A DNA stretch of 64,000 nt, from the NCBI GenBank assembly GCA_049513715.1, contig JBEKVV010000001.1:608001-672000 (forward strand), read 5' to 3'. The DNA comes from Candidatus Bathyarchaeia archaeon. GTDB taxonomy: Archaea; Thermoproteota; Bathyarchaeia; 40CM-2-53-6. The notes beneath the pieces were generated by a model, which saw only the letters and a list, made by a program, of their open reading frames with translations, ran no database searches and had not been told where the DNA came from. The translations under genes and the position numbers were made by a program. Of this stretch, positions 46,758 to 56,579 are shown one piece after another; the stretch's first letter is position 1, and every line of letters starts with the position of its first letter.

Positions 46758-48193
46758 ATTGCCTTCGCGGGCGCCTTTGAGGAAGCTACGTACCACCGGG
46801 CACCAGCGGCTGTATCCTCCAATCCGAGCCCCAGTTCCGTTAGGCTGTTCCGGATGGTGTCGGCTGTCGCCCAATCTCCTCTCTTCCTCGCCTCCTCCCG
46901 AATTTTCAAGAGGAGATTCAAGAGGCCGTCGAAGGCTATGTCTTGTTGATTGTCCATGGGTCTAAAGATCCCAAAGATGCCCCCGAAGTAATCGAATGTC
47001 TGCAGAATCCTCTCCACAGAACTTCTTCCAATGTTCTTGGTAGCATATGGTTCCGTTTCTTTCGCGAACGATATCATCGCTGCCAAAGCCCTTGGCGTGT
47101 TGAAATCGTCGTCCATAGCAGCATCAAAACTATCCTTCGCCTCCGATGTCACCTTCTCGATTGTTACGGTCGCGCTTTCGTTTTGATTTGTGGCGGTTGT
47201 TGCTTCAAGTGAGCGGAATTGGTTGTACACAGATCGGAGCTTGTCCAGTACTTGTTCTGCTTGGTATACGTTTGATTCGTCGTAGTCGAGTTGGCTGCGG
47301 TAGTGGCTCATCGCGTAGTAGAGTCGAAGGGCTTCAACGTCATGTTTCGATAATGCTTCCTTGATCGTGACAAAGTTGCCCATTGATTTGCCCATGCGAG
47401 TCCCGCTTATCATGAGCAGCCCACTGTGTATCCAGTAACGAACTAGGGGGCTGAACCCGGTCGCGGCTTCGGCCTGTGCGATCTCGGCCTCATGGTGCGG
47501 AAAGACGAGGTCCAATCCGCCGCCGTGGAGGTCGTATTGCGGGCCAAAGTAAGTCGTAGTTATGGCTGTGTCTTCGATGTGCCATCCAGGCCTACCTTTC
47601 CCCCATGGGCTATCCCAAGCGGGTTCGCCCGGCTTCTGACTCTTCCACAGGGCGAAGTCAACGACGCTCTTCTTTCGAGGGTCCGGGTCGATTCGGTGGG
47701 TTGTCAGTTGCTCAATATTCTGCCCGGAAAGCTTTCCATAATCGCCGAACTTGGAAACATCGTAGTAGACGTCGTTATCTACCTTGTATGCGAAGCCTCG
47801 CTGTATGAGCGTTGAGATCTGCGCGATTATTTCTGGAATGTGCTCTGATGCCTTCGCGTAGAGATTTACGCTTGATATTCCGAGCCCTTCCATGTCGTTG
47901 ATGAATTCCTTAGCGAATCGGTCGGCTAGTCTCAGGGGGTCGTCGCCAGATTCCCGTGCCTTGTTGATTATTTTGTCCTCGACATCAGTTATGTTCATGA
48001 GGTAGAACAAGCTGTACCTTTTCGACCTCAGATACCGTGCAATTATGTCGTATGCGAGGTAGGTTCTGGCGTGCCCAACGTGACTGTGGTCGTAGACCGT
48101 GGGGCCGCACACAAACATGTAGACTCTATTACCATGGGATGGTTTGAAGTCCTCAACAGATCGTGTTCTAGTGTTGTATACTCTCAAAACCAA
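46754..48193 (-). CDS. cysS: cysteine--tRNA ligase
   Basis: [27 protein letters not shown]. Confidence 0.97.
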   Translation of the reverse strand: MVLRVYNTRTRSVEDFKPSHGNRVYMFVCGPTVYDHSHVGHARTYLAYDIIARYLRSKRYSLFYLMNITDVEDKIINKARESGDDPLRLADRFAKEFINDMEGLGISSVNLYAKASEHIPEIIAQISTLIQRGFAYKVDNDVYYDVSKFGDYGKLSGQNIEQLTTHRIDPDPRKKSVVDFALWKSQKPGEPAWDSPWGKGRPGWHIEDTAITTTYFGPQYDLHGGGLDLVFPHHEAEIAQAEAATGFSPLVRYWIHSGLLMISGTRMGKSMGNFVTIKEALSKHDVEALRLYYAMSHYRSQLDYDESNVYQAEQVLDKLRSVYNQFRSLEATTATNQNESATVTIEKVTSEAKDSFDAAMDDDFNTPRALAAMISFAKETEPYATKNIGRSSVERILQTFDYFGGIFGIFRPMDNQQDIAFDGLLNLLLKIREEARKRGDWATADTIRNSLTELGLGLEDTAAGARWYVASSKAPAKAI

Positions 48194-48464
48194 AAGAAGA
48201 ATCACCCACACTGGACCTGAGTTGCGGAGTTAGATTCGCTTGACTACTTATCAGTCGCAAGAGACTGGGTTCCTTCGCAAACGCGTTCACCCATTGCACT
48301 CGCCGTCTCGAGGAAACCACGTCACAATATCTAATTAACGTTGTCATATCGGACTTGCCACAGTGGGATATGTGTTCCAGCTCTATGCGATGTCGACTGG
48401 AGATATGTGTGGTCGATCACCCTTACACATATATTGAACCACTTCGTCCCAATCGGCAAAACGG

Positions 48465-49748
48465 ATGATTACTAGCATGGCACAAGCGGTCCTCAAACCG
48501 GAAAGGAAAGGCGACGAACCAGTCATTCAACCTGAAGTTAACATTGGAACCCTTGGCCATGTAGACAACGGAAAGAGCACGCTCGTTCAGGCTCTAACTG
48601 GTGTATGGACTGCTCGGCACTCTGAAGAACTCAGACGAGGAATCACGATCCGGATTGGTTACGCTGATGCTTTCATTTACAAATGCCCCAAATGCAAGGC
48701 CCCGAGCAACTACAGCGCCAAACCAAAATGCCCCAACTGCGGCAGCGAAGCGAAACTCAAACGAGTCATAAGTTTCGTCGACTGCCCCGGACACCATAGC
48801 CTAATGGTAACAATGCTCTCAGGTTCATCCCTCATGGACGGTGCGCTCTTCGTTCTGGCGAGCAACGCAAAGTGCCCACAAGCGCAGGATAGAGAACATC
48901 TCCTAGCAGCTCAAAGCGTCGGGATCAAGAACCTCGTAATCGTACAAAACAAGGTCGATGTGGTCCCCAAGGAAAGAGCGCTCGAAAACTACAAGGAAAT
49001 CAAATCCTTCATCAAAGGAACAATAGCAGAAAATGCGCCAATCGTCCCAATTTCCGCTCAACACGGCACAAACATCGACATCCTACTCAGAGAGATCGAA
49101 GAGAGAATTCCCACGCCAAAACGAGACCTCACCGCTTCAGCCCGAATGTTTGTTTTGAGATCCTTTGAAGTAAACAAACCTGGAACAGAAGTGGATGAAC
49201 TATTGGGCGGCGTGGTAGGGGGTTCTGTTGTTCAAGGAATCTTTCGGATTGGTGACGAGATCGAAATAAAACCCGGAATCCCTCTTCAGGAAGGCGGAAA
49301 AACAAAGTACGAGCGGCTCGTCACAACCGTGAGAAGCCTCAACGTGAGCAGAGGGGCCGTCCAAGAGGCCACAAGCGGCGGCTTGGTCGGCATAGGAACC
49401 GACCTAGACCCTTCACTGACGAAATCAGATGGGCTCGTCGGCAGTGTGGCAGGGAAAATCGATACGCTTCCACCAACACTCGCAAAGATCACATTGGATG
49501 TCAAGCTTTTTGACAAAGTGGTGGGAACAGAACTGGCAGTTCCTGTGGAAAAGATACGAACGAACGAGGCGTTGGTTCTAAACGTAGGAACAACAGTCAC
49601 ATCTGGCTTGGTGACGTCCGCGCGCGAGGACCTAGTCGACATTGGACTCAAGAAACCGGCCTGCGCGGAGGCTGGTTCCAAAGTGGCTATTAGTCGCCGA
49701 ATTGCCGATAGCTGGCGGCTGATTGGATTCGGTTCATTGAGGGCATGA
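48465..49748 (+). CDS. eif2g: translation initiation factor 2 gamma
   Basis: GHVDNGKST, EELRRGITIRIGY, DCPGH, WRLIGFG. Confidence 0.98.
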   Translation: MITSMAQAVLKPERKGDEPVIQPEVNIGTLGHVDNGKSTLVQALTGVWTARHSEELRRGITIRIGYADAFIYKCPKCKAPSNYSAKPKCPNCGSEAKLKRVISFVDCPGHHSLMVTMLSGSSLMDGALFVLASNAKCPQAQDREHLLAAQSVGIKNLVIVQNKVDVVPKERALENYKEIKSFIKGTIAENAPIVPISAQHGTNIDILLREIEERIPTPKRDLTASARMFVLRSFEVNKPGTEVDELLGGVVGGSVVQGIFRIGDEIEIKPGIPLQEGGKTKYERLVTTVRSLNVSRGAVQEATSGGLVGIGTDLDPSLTKSDGLVGSVAGKIDTLPPTLAKITLDVKLFDKVVGTELAVPVEKIRTNEALVLNVGTTVTSGLVTSAREDLVDIGLKKPACAEAGSKVAISRRIADSWRLIGFGSLRA

Positions 49749-50158
49749 ACATGCCGGTCAAGGTTATTCTTGATTCGAATTTTCTCATGATACCCTTCCA
49801 ATTTAATTTGGATGTCTTTCAGGAAATCGAGTACCTTCTTCAGCGAAAGGTGGACTTCATAGTTCCTTCGTTAGTGAAGAGCGAACTAACAGGTATCTCC
49901 ACTAGAGGGGGCGAAGGTGCGCCCGAAGCGTCTCTCGCCCTGCAACTGGCTTCTCGATGCCGAGTCGTGGAAGTTGCACTGAACCCGGGCGAGACGGTTG
50001 ATGACGCGATTGTGAAGGCCTCACAGAAATTGGGTGCGGTTGTTGCAACCACTGATATCGAGCTCAAGAAGAGGCTCAGAGATGTTAATATCCCAGTTGT
50101 GTACCTGCGAGACAAATCTAAATTAGAAGTTGATGGAGTAGAGCCAGCCTACTTCTGA
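49745..50158 (+). CDS. PIN-domain protein (Fcf1/Utp24-like)
   Basis: ILDSNFL, VDDAI, VATTD; synteny. Confidence 0.9.
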   Translation: MNMPVKVILDSNFLMIPFQFNLDVFQEIEYLLQRKVDFIVPSLVKSELTGISTRGGEGAPEASLALQLASRCRVVEVALNPGETVDDAIVKASQKLGAVVATTDIELKKRLRDVNIPVVYLRDKSKLEVDGVEPAYF

Positions 50159-50194
50159 AAAGTCTAACTAATGGTTACTAGGTGTGGAAGGCAA

Positions 50195-50770
50195 ATGTTC
50201 AGGTTAGTCACAGTTGAGGACATAGTACGAATTCCGCCGAAAAGCTTCGGCCATCCAATCGACAAGGCCGCCAAGGAACAAATTAAGCTGAAGTATGAGA
50301 ACGTAGTCGACGAGGAGCTTGGTTATGTCATACTCGTAGTAGACGTGGATGTTGACCCCGTGGGAAAGATACTGCCAGGTGACGGGTCAACATACCACAA
50401 AGTGAACTTCAAACTCTTATCGTTCTACCCAGAGATGCATGAAATCGTGGAAGGCGAGGTAGTAGAAGTCACCGATTTTGGTGCTTTCGTGAGGATTGGT
50501 CCAGAAGATGCGCTCTTGCATGTTTCTCAAATCATGGACGATTTCATTTCCTTTGACGAGAAGCACGGAGTCCTCGTGGGCAAAGAATCACAACGGAAAC
50601 TCGGCAAAGGGGATATGGTGAGGGGAAGGATAATTGCTGTCAGTTTTCCACGTGGTGGGACCGGCGGGAAGATTGGCATCACCATGCGCCAACCCTTCCT
50701 GGGGAAAATAGAATGGATTGAAGGCGACATAAAGAAAACGAAGGTTGTCCATGAGGAGAAGGCAACTTGA
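50195..50770 (+). CDS. rpoE1: RNA polymerase subunit E' (Rpo7)
   Basis: FGAFVRIGP.DALLHVSQ, TMRQPFLGK. Confidence 0.96.
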   Translation: MFRLVTVEDIVRIPPKSFGHPIDKAAKEQIKLKYENVVDEELGYVILVVDVDVDPVGKILPGDGSTYHKVNFKLLSFYPEMHEIVEGEVVEVTDFGAFVRIGPEDALLHVSQIMDDFISFDEKHGVLVGKESQRKLGKGDMVRGRIIAVSFPRGGTGGKIGITMRQPFLGKIEWIEGDIKKTKVVHEEKAT

Positions 50771-50952
50771 CGGACAAGGCCTGCAAGAACTGCAGGTTCA
50801 TTAGCAGTGGCCCAATCTGCCCGAATTGCAAGTCCAACAACTTAAGCGACGATTGGAGTGGTCTGATAATCATAATCGACCCATCGACTTCCGAGGTAGC
50901 AAAACGGATGGCAATTACAGCGGCTGGACGCTACGCCCTTAGGGTCCGATAA
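50767..50952 (+). CDS. spt4: transcription elongation factor Spt4 (RpoE'')
   Basis: ACKNC..CPNC, GRYALRV. Confidence 0.95.
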   Translation: MTDKACKNCRFISSGPICPNCKSNNLSDDWSGLIIIIDPSTSEVAKRMAITAAGRYALRVR

Positions 50953-50986
50953 GATCCGTCGCCTGCATTTTGCAAGATGTTTTTTT

Positions 50987-51505
50987 GTGCCTGTATTCAT
51001 TCTCAATGAAGCACAAAGAGAGAAACTGAAGGCCCCGCTCGGCGAACTAGTCACCGGCGACTTGGCTAGCTGTATTAGCGTGCTGAAAAGCGTTCTAGAG
51101 GTTGAAAAACCGGTACGGCTCATCCTTGTGGGAGATACAATCTCTAGAACGGCACTCCAATCCGGAATCCGCCCCTCAGTCATCATCATTGACGGAAAAG
51201 AGAAGAGGCAACCCGCAACCAATTTTCCCGTTCATGCCGCGGAAATTCTCCGGGCGCGAAACAAGCCCGGCTCCATTGAACCAGCCGCATGGAAAATGGT
51301 TGAGCGAGCAATTGAAAAGGGCAACGATGCTGTTTTAGTTGACGGCGAGGAAGATCTCCTAACCCTCCCCGCAATCATAGCGGCACCGTCAGGGTCACTC
51401 GTGGTTTACGGACAACCAAATGAAGGAATAGTGTTAGTCCGCGTGACCCCTGAGAAGCAGAAAGAGGTTCATGCACGCCTTGGTTTGATGGAATCTAAAG
51501 AATGA
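50987..51505 (+). CDS. GTP-dependent dephospho-CoA kinase (DUF359)
   Basis: LKAPLG, VGD, VDGEEDLL, YGQP. Confidence 0.9.
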   Translation: MPVFILNEAQREKLKAPLGELVTGDLASCISVLKSVLEVEKPVRLILVGDTISRTALQSGIRPSVIIIDGKEKRQPATNFPVHAAEILRARNKPGSIEPAAWKMVERAIEKGNDAVLVDGEEDLLTLPAIIAAPSGSLVVYGQPNEGIVLVRVTPEKQKEVHARLGLMESKE

Positions 51506-51507
51506 AA

Positions 51508-51711
51508 CTACTTCTTCGCTTTGACGTAATCAGTGAAGCTGCACGATCCGCATGTCCATCGCTCGACAGGCGTCTTGTGGAATGCCATTATGTTGCCACA
51601 ACGCGGGCACTTGCGGTTCTTCAGTTTGATCGTTGACTTCTCAGCGTCAACTTCATAGAGGCTTCCTAAATTCCGAGACTTCCGCGGCTTCGCGGGGGGT
51701 TTCTCGCTCAC
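51508..51711 (-). CDS. rps27ae: 30S ribosomal protein S27ae
   Basis: CPRCG..MAFH...RWTCGSC. Confidence 0.95.
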   Translation of the reverse strand: MSEKPPAKPRKSRNLGSLYEVDAEKSTIKLKNRKCPRCGNIMAFHKTPVERWTCGSCSFTDYVKAKK

Positions 51712-52205
51712 TTAGCCTCGCTCTCCTTTCCTTTCTTTGGTGCATCAGCGGGCGGCTTTTGCTCAGTTTTTCCTTCTGGTTTAGGCTTCTCTTCTGACTT
51801 AGCCGGAGCTGGCTTCTGCTCCTCTTTGCCTTTCGTTTTCTCAGCCTTCGGTTTTGCTTCTTCCTTCTTCTCTTCTTTCTTGGCCGCGCTCTCTTTCTCC
51901 TTCTCCCGTACTTGCTTTCTTTCGTCCGGTGGGAGGTTGCGGGTTTGGATATATTTGGCTACAATACGTTTGCCGGTCTCAGCATCGTCATAAACCTGTA
52001 CCTCGCAGATCGCGCTCTGAGTACCTGTTTTTGTTCCCATGTCAACGATGTACACGTTTTCAGGTTTGGTTCCGTATTTTGTGGCCACAGCCTTTCTTAG
52101 GTCAATGTGGGACGGTGTTCCTGCGCCATCGTGGTCAACTTCTACGGACACCTCTTTCCTTTTCAGAAGGGCGTTGTAGTTGTCCTGTCTTATCTTGAGG
52201 TCCAA
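51708..52205 (-). CDS. rps24e: 30S ribosomal protein S24e with long K/E/P tail
   Basis: NALLKRKEV, GTPS, T.TG, VYD. Confidence 0.9.
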   Translation of the reverse strand: MDLKIRQDNYNALLKRKEVSVEVDHDGAGTPSHIDLRKAVATKYGTKPENVYIVDMGTKTGTQSAICEVQVYDDAETGKRIVAKYIQTRNLPPDERKQVREKEKESAAKKEEKKEEAKPKAEKTKGKEEQKPAPAKSEEKPKPEGKTEQKPPADAPKKGKESEAK

Positions 52206-52215
52206 TTTGATTCGC

Positions 52216-52710
52216 CTACTTTGCTTTCTTCGCGGGTTTCTTGGGTGCCTTTACAGGCGCCTTCTTGGGTTTTGGTTTCTCCGGAGTTTTCTCTTTCGGT
52301 TTCACTGGTTTGGGCGCTTCAGTGGCCGGCTTAGGTTCAGCGGGAACTGGTGCTGGCCCTTCGCCCTCCTTTCTTACGGTGAAATTGATTTGGAAAGTCT
52401 CATCTGTTATTACTCGGCCGCGCACAAGCTTCCTTTTTCTCTCTCCATGCCTCTTGGGGCGAAACCCGGGCCCATCGGAAAGAACAATGTACTTCTTGAC
52501 TCCGCCGTGGACATCGCCACGCATCGGAATGCCGTTCTTGTCGCAGCCGCCCGAGATCAGGATTCGGCCTGAGTAGATTCCTAGGGCTGAGCCGTCAATC
52601 GTTTCCCCAAGTGAGCGACCCACCAGTGCTTGTGCACGTGATCCTTCCACTTCACTTGCTGTAGCCTTACCAGTTGCTGGGTCGGAAATTATGAGTTTGA
52701 ATTTCGCCAT
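52216..52710 (-). CDS. rps6e: 30S ribosomal protein S6e with K/P tail
   Basis: FKLIISDP, ISGGCDKNGIPM, GERKRKLVRG. Confidence 0.96.
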   Translation of the reverse strand: MAKFKLIISDPATGKATASEVEGSRAQALVGRSLGETIDGSALGIYSGRILISGGCDKNGIPMRGDVHGGVKKYIVLSDGPGFRPKRHGERKRKLVRGRVITDETFQINFTVRKEGEGPAPVPAEPKPATEAPKPVKPKEKTPEKPKPKKAPVKAPKKPAKKAK

Positions 52711-52790
52711 TTCGCTGACCTTTTCTTAGGCGCGAAGCGATACTGCCTTGAACGCCTTTTATTAAGGTTGCCAGAATCGGCTCATCGAAG

Positions 52791-53156
52791 TCAGCGACAT
52801 GGATGAGTTCGAAAATGAGATTTCAGCTCAGCAATGCTCAGGAAGCCCAGCTCTTTCTTGGTTGAACCTCCTGATTCCAACCAGATGTGTTTGGCCTTCT
52901 TACCCTCGATACTCTGAAGAAATTGGTCAACGGTGAGGATATGAATGGATTCAGGCATCTCCCCTGCAGATATACTGCCCACTAGTTCCACCCTACCTTC
53001 CCTGACGAGCTTACCTTCGACTCTGAAGCAGCTCAGCTTGTCATTAGCCGACCGCACGAGGCCAAGCGTGGCTTCGTCCCGCAACTCAATCAAAAGCATT
53101 GAATATTGATGGATCTCGCTGATGATTTGCAGCACGTCATTCGCGGAGATCATCAT
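52791..53156 (-). CDS. hypothetical protein
   Basis: 121-aa ORF filling the gap between S6e and L7Ae. Confidence 0.5.
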   Translation of the reverse strand: MMISANDVLQIISEIHQYSMLLIELRDEATLGLVRSANDKLSCFRVEGKLVREGRVELVGSISAGEMPESIHILTVDQFLQSIEGKKAKHIWLESGGSTKKELGFLSIAELKSHFRTHPCR

Positions 53157-53382
53157 GAATCAATATCCGGTATCGCGCTGGGACGTAGATTCTCAGGGCA
53201 AAAGTACCTATTCAAGTTTCACCGATTTCGTTTCATATGGAGGAACTGAGCAAAATCATGAGTTCTTGTTCCAGCAGACGACGGGTCTCTCGAAAAATCT
53301 CGGACGACGGAACGATTTTGTCAAGCAGAAACCTTCATAAAAGGCACACCCGTGATTACGCTAGCCAATTGGCAAATGTGCC

Positions 53383-53784
53383 GTGAAGCGAATGCCAAAA
53401 CCATTCTACGTTAAGTACGAAGTACCGAAGGAACTGGCCGATAAGGCCTACCAACTTGTGCAAGTAGCAAAGGATTCGGGCAAAGTCAGGAAGGGAACCA
53501 ACGAAAGCACCAAAGCCATTGAACGTGCGGTAGCGAAGCTCGTTCTTATAGCCGAGGACGTTGACCCACCCCAAGTCGTCGCCCACTTACCCATATTGTG
53601 CGAGGAACGAAAGATCTCATACCTTTTCGTCCCAAGCAAGCTCGAATTGGGGAGATCTGCAGGCATAGATGTTGGTTGCGCCGCGATCTCCATCCTAGAT
53701 GGCGGCGAAGGTTCCAAGACTTTAAAAGAAATCATTGATGCCACTGAGCAGCTGAAGAAGAGCGGGGCTAAAGCCCAGACATGA
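53383..53784 (+). CDS. rpl7ae: 50S ribosomal protein L7Ae
   Basis: [23 protein letters not shown]. Confidence 0.98.
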   Translation: MKRMPKPFYVKYEVPKELADKAYQLVQVAKDSGKVRKGTNESTKAIERAVAKLVLIAEDVDPPQVVAHLPILCEERKISYLFVPSKLELGRSAGIDVGCAAISILDGGEGSKTLKEIIDATEQLKKSGAKAQT

Positions 53785-54005
53785 GCTCTGCGAAGGAACG
53801 CGCGGAGGAAGCAATTACTCCCGCTGAGGTCACCCAGATAATTGGGCGAACCGGCGTAACAGGAGAGGTCATTCAAGTACGCGTCCGAATACTAGAGGGA
53901 AGGGACAAGGGTCGGGTTATCACACGAAACATCAAAGGCCCAATTCGAACCGGCGACATTCTGATGCTAAGGGAAACCGAAAGAGAGGCCAAGAAAATTA
54001 GGTAG
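53781..54005 (+). CDS. rps28e: 30S ribosomal protein S28e
   Basis: [21 protein letters not shown]. Confidence 0.98.
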   Translation: MSSAKERAEEAITPAEVTQIIGRTGVTGEVIQVRVRILEGRDKGRVITRNIKGPIRTGDILMLRETEREAKKIR

Positions 54006-54022
54006 GTTAAGGCGTCTGCGAC

Positions 54023-54217
54023 TTGCCCAGAACCTATACCTGTTCATTCTGCGGAAAAGACTTCCCGCAAGCGACTGGACTGATGTTCGTGCAGAATGAC
54101 GGCGCAATTCTCTATTTTTGCTCGACGAAGTGCAGAAAGAGCCTAATGGTTTACCGCAGAGACCCTCGAAAGTTGAAGTGGACTGTATACTACGGTAAGA
54201 AGGAAAGAGGAAAGTAA
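54023..54217 (+). CDS. rpl24e: 50S ribosomal protein L24e
   Basis: CSFCG, FCSTKC, PRKLKWT. Confidence 0.97.
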   Translation: MPRTYTCSFCGKDFPQATGLMFVQNDGAILYFCSTKCRKSLMVYRRDPRKLKWTVYYGKKERGK

Positions 54218-54228
54218 GGGCAATTGTA

Positions 54229-54687
54229 TTGCAGACCGAGCAGACTTTCTCCTTCTTGAAACCCGAGAGCGTCATGCGCGGGCTAATTGGCGAGATTATC
54301 GCACGATTTGAAAGAAAGGGACTCATCCTCGTCGCGGGAAAACTACTCCTCATGTCTCCTGAGCAAGCTCAGAGGTTGTATGAAGTCCACAAAGGGAAAC
54401 CGTTCTTCCAGGAGCTCGTTTCACACGTCACATCGGGGCCAGTGTTCGCTATGGTTTGGGAAGGTCCTAGCGCGGTGACCGTGGGCCGAAATCTGGTCGG
54501 TGCCACCAACCCGACTTTGGCGGCACCAGGCACGGTTCGGGGCGACTATGCTCTCTCTATCACTGCGAACGCGATACACGCCGCCGATTCACTTGAAAAC
54601 GCCAAACGTGAAATGTCCATATTCTTCGCGAGTAGTGAAATCACAAAGTACACGAAGCCTACCGAACGAGAGTTTCTGTTGAAGTAG
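54229..54687 (+). CDS. ndk: nucleoside diphosphate kinase
   Basis: HKGKPFF, GATNP, PGTVRGD, NAIHAAD. Confidence 0.97.
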   Translation: MQTEQTFSFLKPESVMRGLIGEIIARFERKGLILVAGKLLLMSPEQAQRLYEVHKGKPFFQELVSHVTSGPVFAMVWEGPSAVTVGRNLVGATNPTLAAPGTVRGDYALSITANAIHAADSLENAKREMSIFFASSEITKYTKPTEREFLLK

Positions 54688-54688
54688 C

Positions 54689-56476
54689 TTAGAAGCCCCA
54701 GACGGGGTTCTCGCGTCTTTTGATTTGAATCAACTCGTTTATGGTCTGGCGGTCGTCGTCAGTTAGCTCCGCCGGGAATTTGGTCAAAAACGTCTTGATG
54801 TGTCGTTCGGGAACATCCGTATACACGACATCTCCCTCGGAGATGTTGCGTCCGATTACACCATCCTCTATTGAAACCGCCACTTGCATTCCTACCCCAG
54901 CCTCCTTAATGTCCTCGCCTTTATCCTGGATGCGCAGCACCTCGCCCAACTTCTTCCCGGAAGCGCTTACGACCGGATACTTCGGTTTGAGATGTCCTGA
55001 TGTAACTTCGACACCCACGATTGCAGGTTTGCTTCTCCTGAAAATGAATCCAGCAAGAACCTTTGCTTTACACGGGCGGACCAGAAGGTTGAGTTCGGCC
55101 TTGACTCCTGCAGTGCGTTGTTCCTCGCTCCACCTTAGGTAGTCCTCAATCATGTGGTATATTATGTCGGATTTGAAAATCGGAATCCCAGCAGCCTCCG
55201 CCTCCTCCTGAGCGTCAGGAAGAATCTTCACATTGAACGCGAGAACAACGGCCAATAATCTATCCTGAGCGCTGAAGGCTTCAACCTCCGCAATGTCTCG
55301 CTTTGAAACGTCACCAATGTCGGCGGTGCGTATCTGGACGCCGTGACGGGAGATGGCTTCGGTTACAGCTTCCAAAGATCCCAACGTATCCGTTTTGAGA
55401 ACGACGCCGGATTTCTCGGTTTTTATTCGCAGCTTCTCAACTTCGTCTTCAACTATTCGGACATATTCCTTGACGTTCTTCGCTTTCGGAACGGCGTAGA
55501 GCGTCGAGCCAGCAAGCGCACTTTCCAGGTTCGGCGCGGCGATTTTGACCCCTGACGCCGCTGCGACTCGCTTAACGCTCGTGAATTTGTCTCTCGGGTC
55601 TCTGATTTCATCAAGCGGCTTTGGTAATAGTATTGCTCTGACCTCGGTCACGATGGGTTTATCGCGCCCCCCTATGACGATTGTATCATCAACTTTCAAC
55701 GCGCCGTCGTAGATGATTGCGTTTATCGTAGTGCCCAATCCGGGTTCATCTTTCACTTCAAGAACAGTACCTCTGGCTGGGCCTGAGGTAGTTTGAAGCA
55801 CCTTTGACAAGTAGGCTTGCGTTAGTCCCGTCAGTATTGCAAGAAGTTCTGGAATTCCCTCCCCCGTCTTGGCGCTAACAGGCACGATTGCCACATTCTC
55901 AGTGAATGATGAGATTCGGTCGAATCGGTCGGCTCGGAAACCGAGTCTGGACAGGGTCCCCATGACTGTGTAGATTCGGTTGTCGAGGTCCGTTTGGACT
56001 TCCGGAAATTGTGCTTTAATGGAATTGATGAATTGCATCTCAAGCTGGGTTTTCCAGCCTGGAATTGCGTCTACCTTGTTCGCTGCAACAATGAAAGGTG
56101 TCTTTCTGCTCTTGAGAATGTTGATCGATTCGACGGTTTGCGGTTCCACGCCCTTCGTTACATCAATCACGAGGATGGCTATGTCAGCTGCTGACCCTCC
56201 TCTTCTCCGGAGATTTGAGAAGGTTTCATGGCCTGGGGTGTCGATGAAAAGGAGCCCCGGTACTTTGACGTCGAAGTGAAATTGTTCCAGTAAGCTCCCG
56301 CAGATCTTCTCGATTGTTTTGCTGGGAAGGAGGCTGGCTCCAATCCACTGCGTTATTTGGCCGGGCTCATGCTTTGCAACCGTTGTCCCCCTCAACTTGT
56401 CTAAGAGGGTGGTTTTACCATGGTCGACATGGCCTAAAACGACGACGATTGGTTGGCGGAGGGTCAATGTTTTCAC
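54689..56476 (-). CDS. infB: translation initiation factor aIF5B (IF-2)
   Basis: LRQPIVVVLGHVDHGKT, DTPGHE, NKVD. Confidence 0.98.
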   Translation of the reverse strand: MKTLTLRQPIVVVLGHVDHGKTTLLDKLRGTTVAKHEPGQITQWIGASLLPSKTIEKICGSLLEQFHFDVKVPGLLFIDTPGHETFSNLRRRGGSAADIAILVIDVTKGVEPQTVESINILKSRKTPFIVAANKVDAIPGWKTQLEMQFINSIKAQFPEVQTDLDNRIYTVMGTLSRLGFRADRFDRISSFTENVAIVPVSAKTGEGIPELLAILTGLTQAYLSKVLQTTSGPARGTVLEVKDEPGLGTTINAIIYDGALKVDDTIVIGGRDKPIVTEVRAILLPKPLDEIRDPRDKFTSVKRVAAASGVKIAAPNLESALAGSTLYAVPKAKNVKEYVRIVEDEVEKLRIKTEKSGVVLKTDTLGSLEAVTEAISRHGVQIRTADIGDVSKRDIAEVEAFSAQDRLLAVVLAFNVKILPDAQEEAEAAGIPIFKSDIIYHMIEDYLRWSEEQRTAGVKAELNLLVRPCKAKVLAGFIFRRSKPAIVGVEVTSGHLKPKYPVVSASGKKLGEVLRIQDKGEDIKEAGVGMQVAVSIEDGVIGRNISEGDVVYTDVPERHIKTFLTKFPAELTDDDRQTINELIQIKRRENPVWGF

Positions 56477-56579
56477 GCAGTGTTTGCGTTTTCGTGTTCC
56501 TGTACACGAACCTTGGCCCTTAAACTTTCGTTGAGCTTTTTACATTCGGACCAATAGGTTCACGCGGCGCTCTGTTAGG

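Noticed and set aside
48360..48435. GATATGTGT repeats between cysS and eif2g as a regulatory site
   Set aside because: Short, with no assignable regulator or RNA structure.
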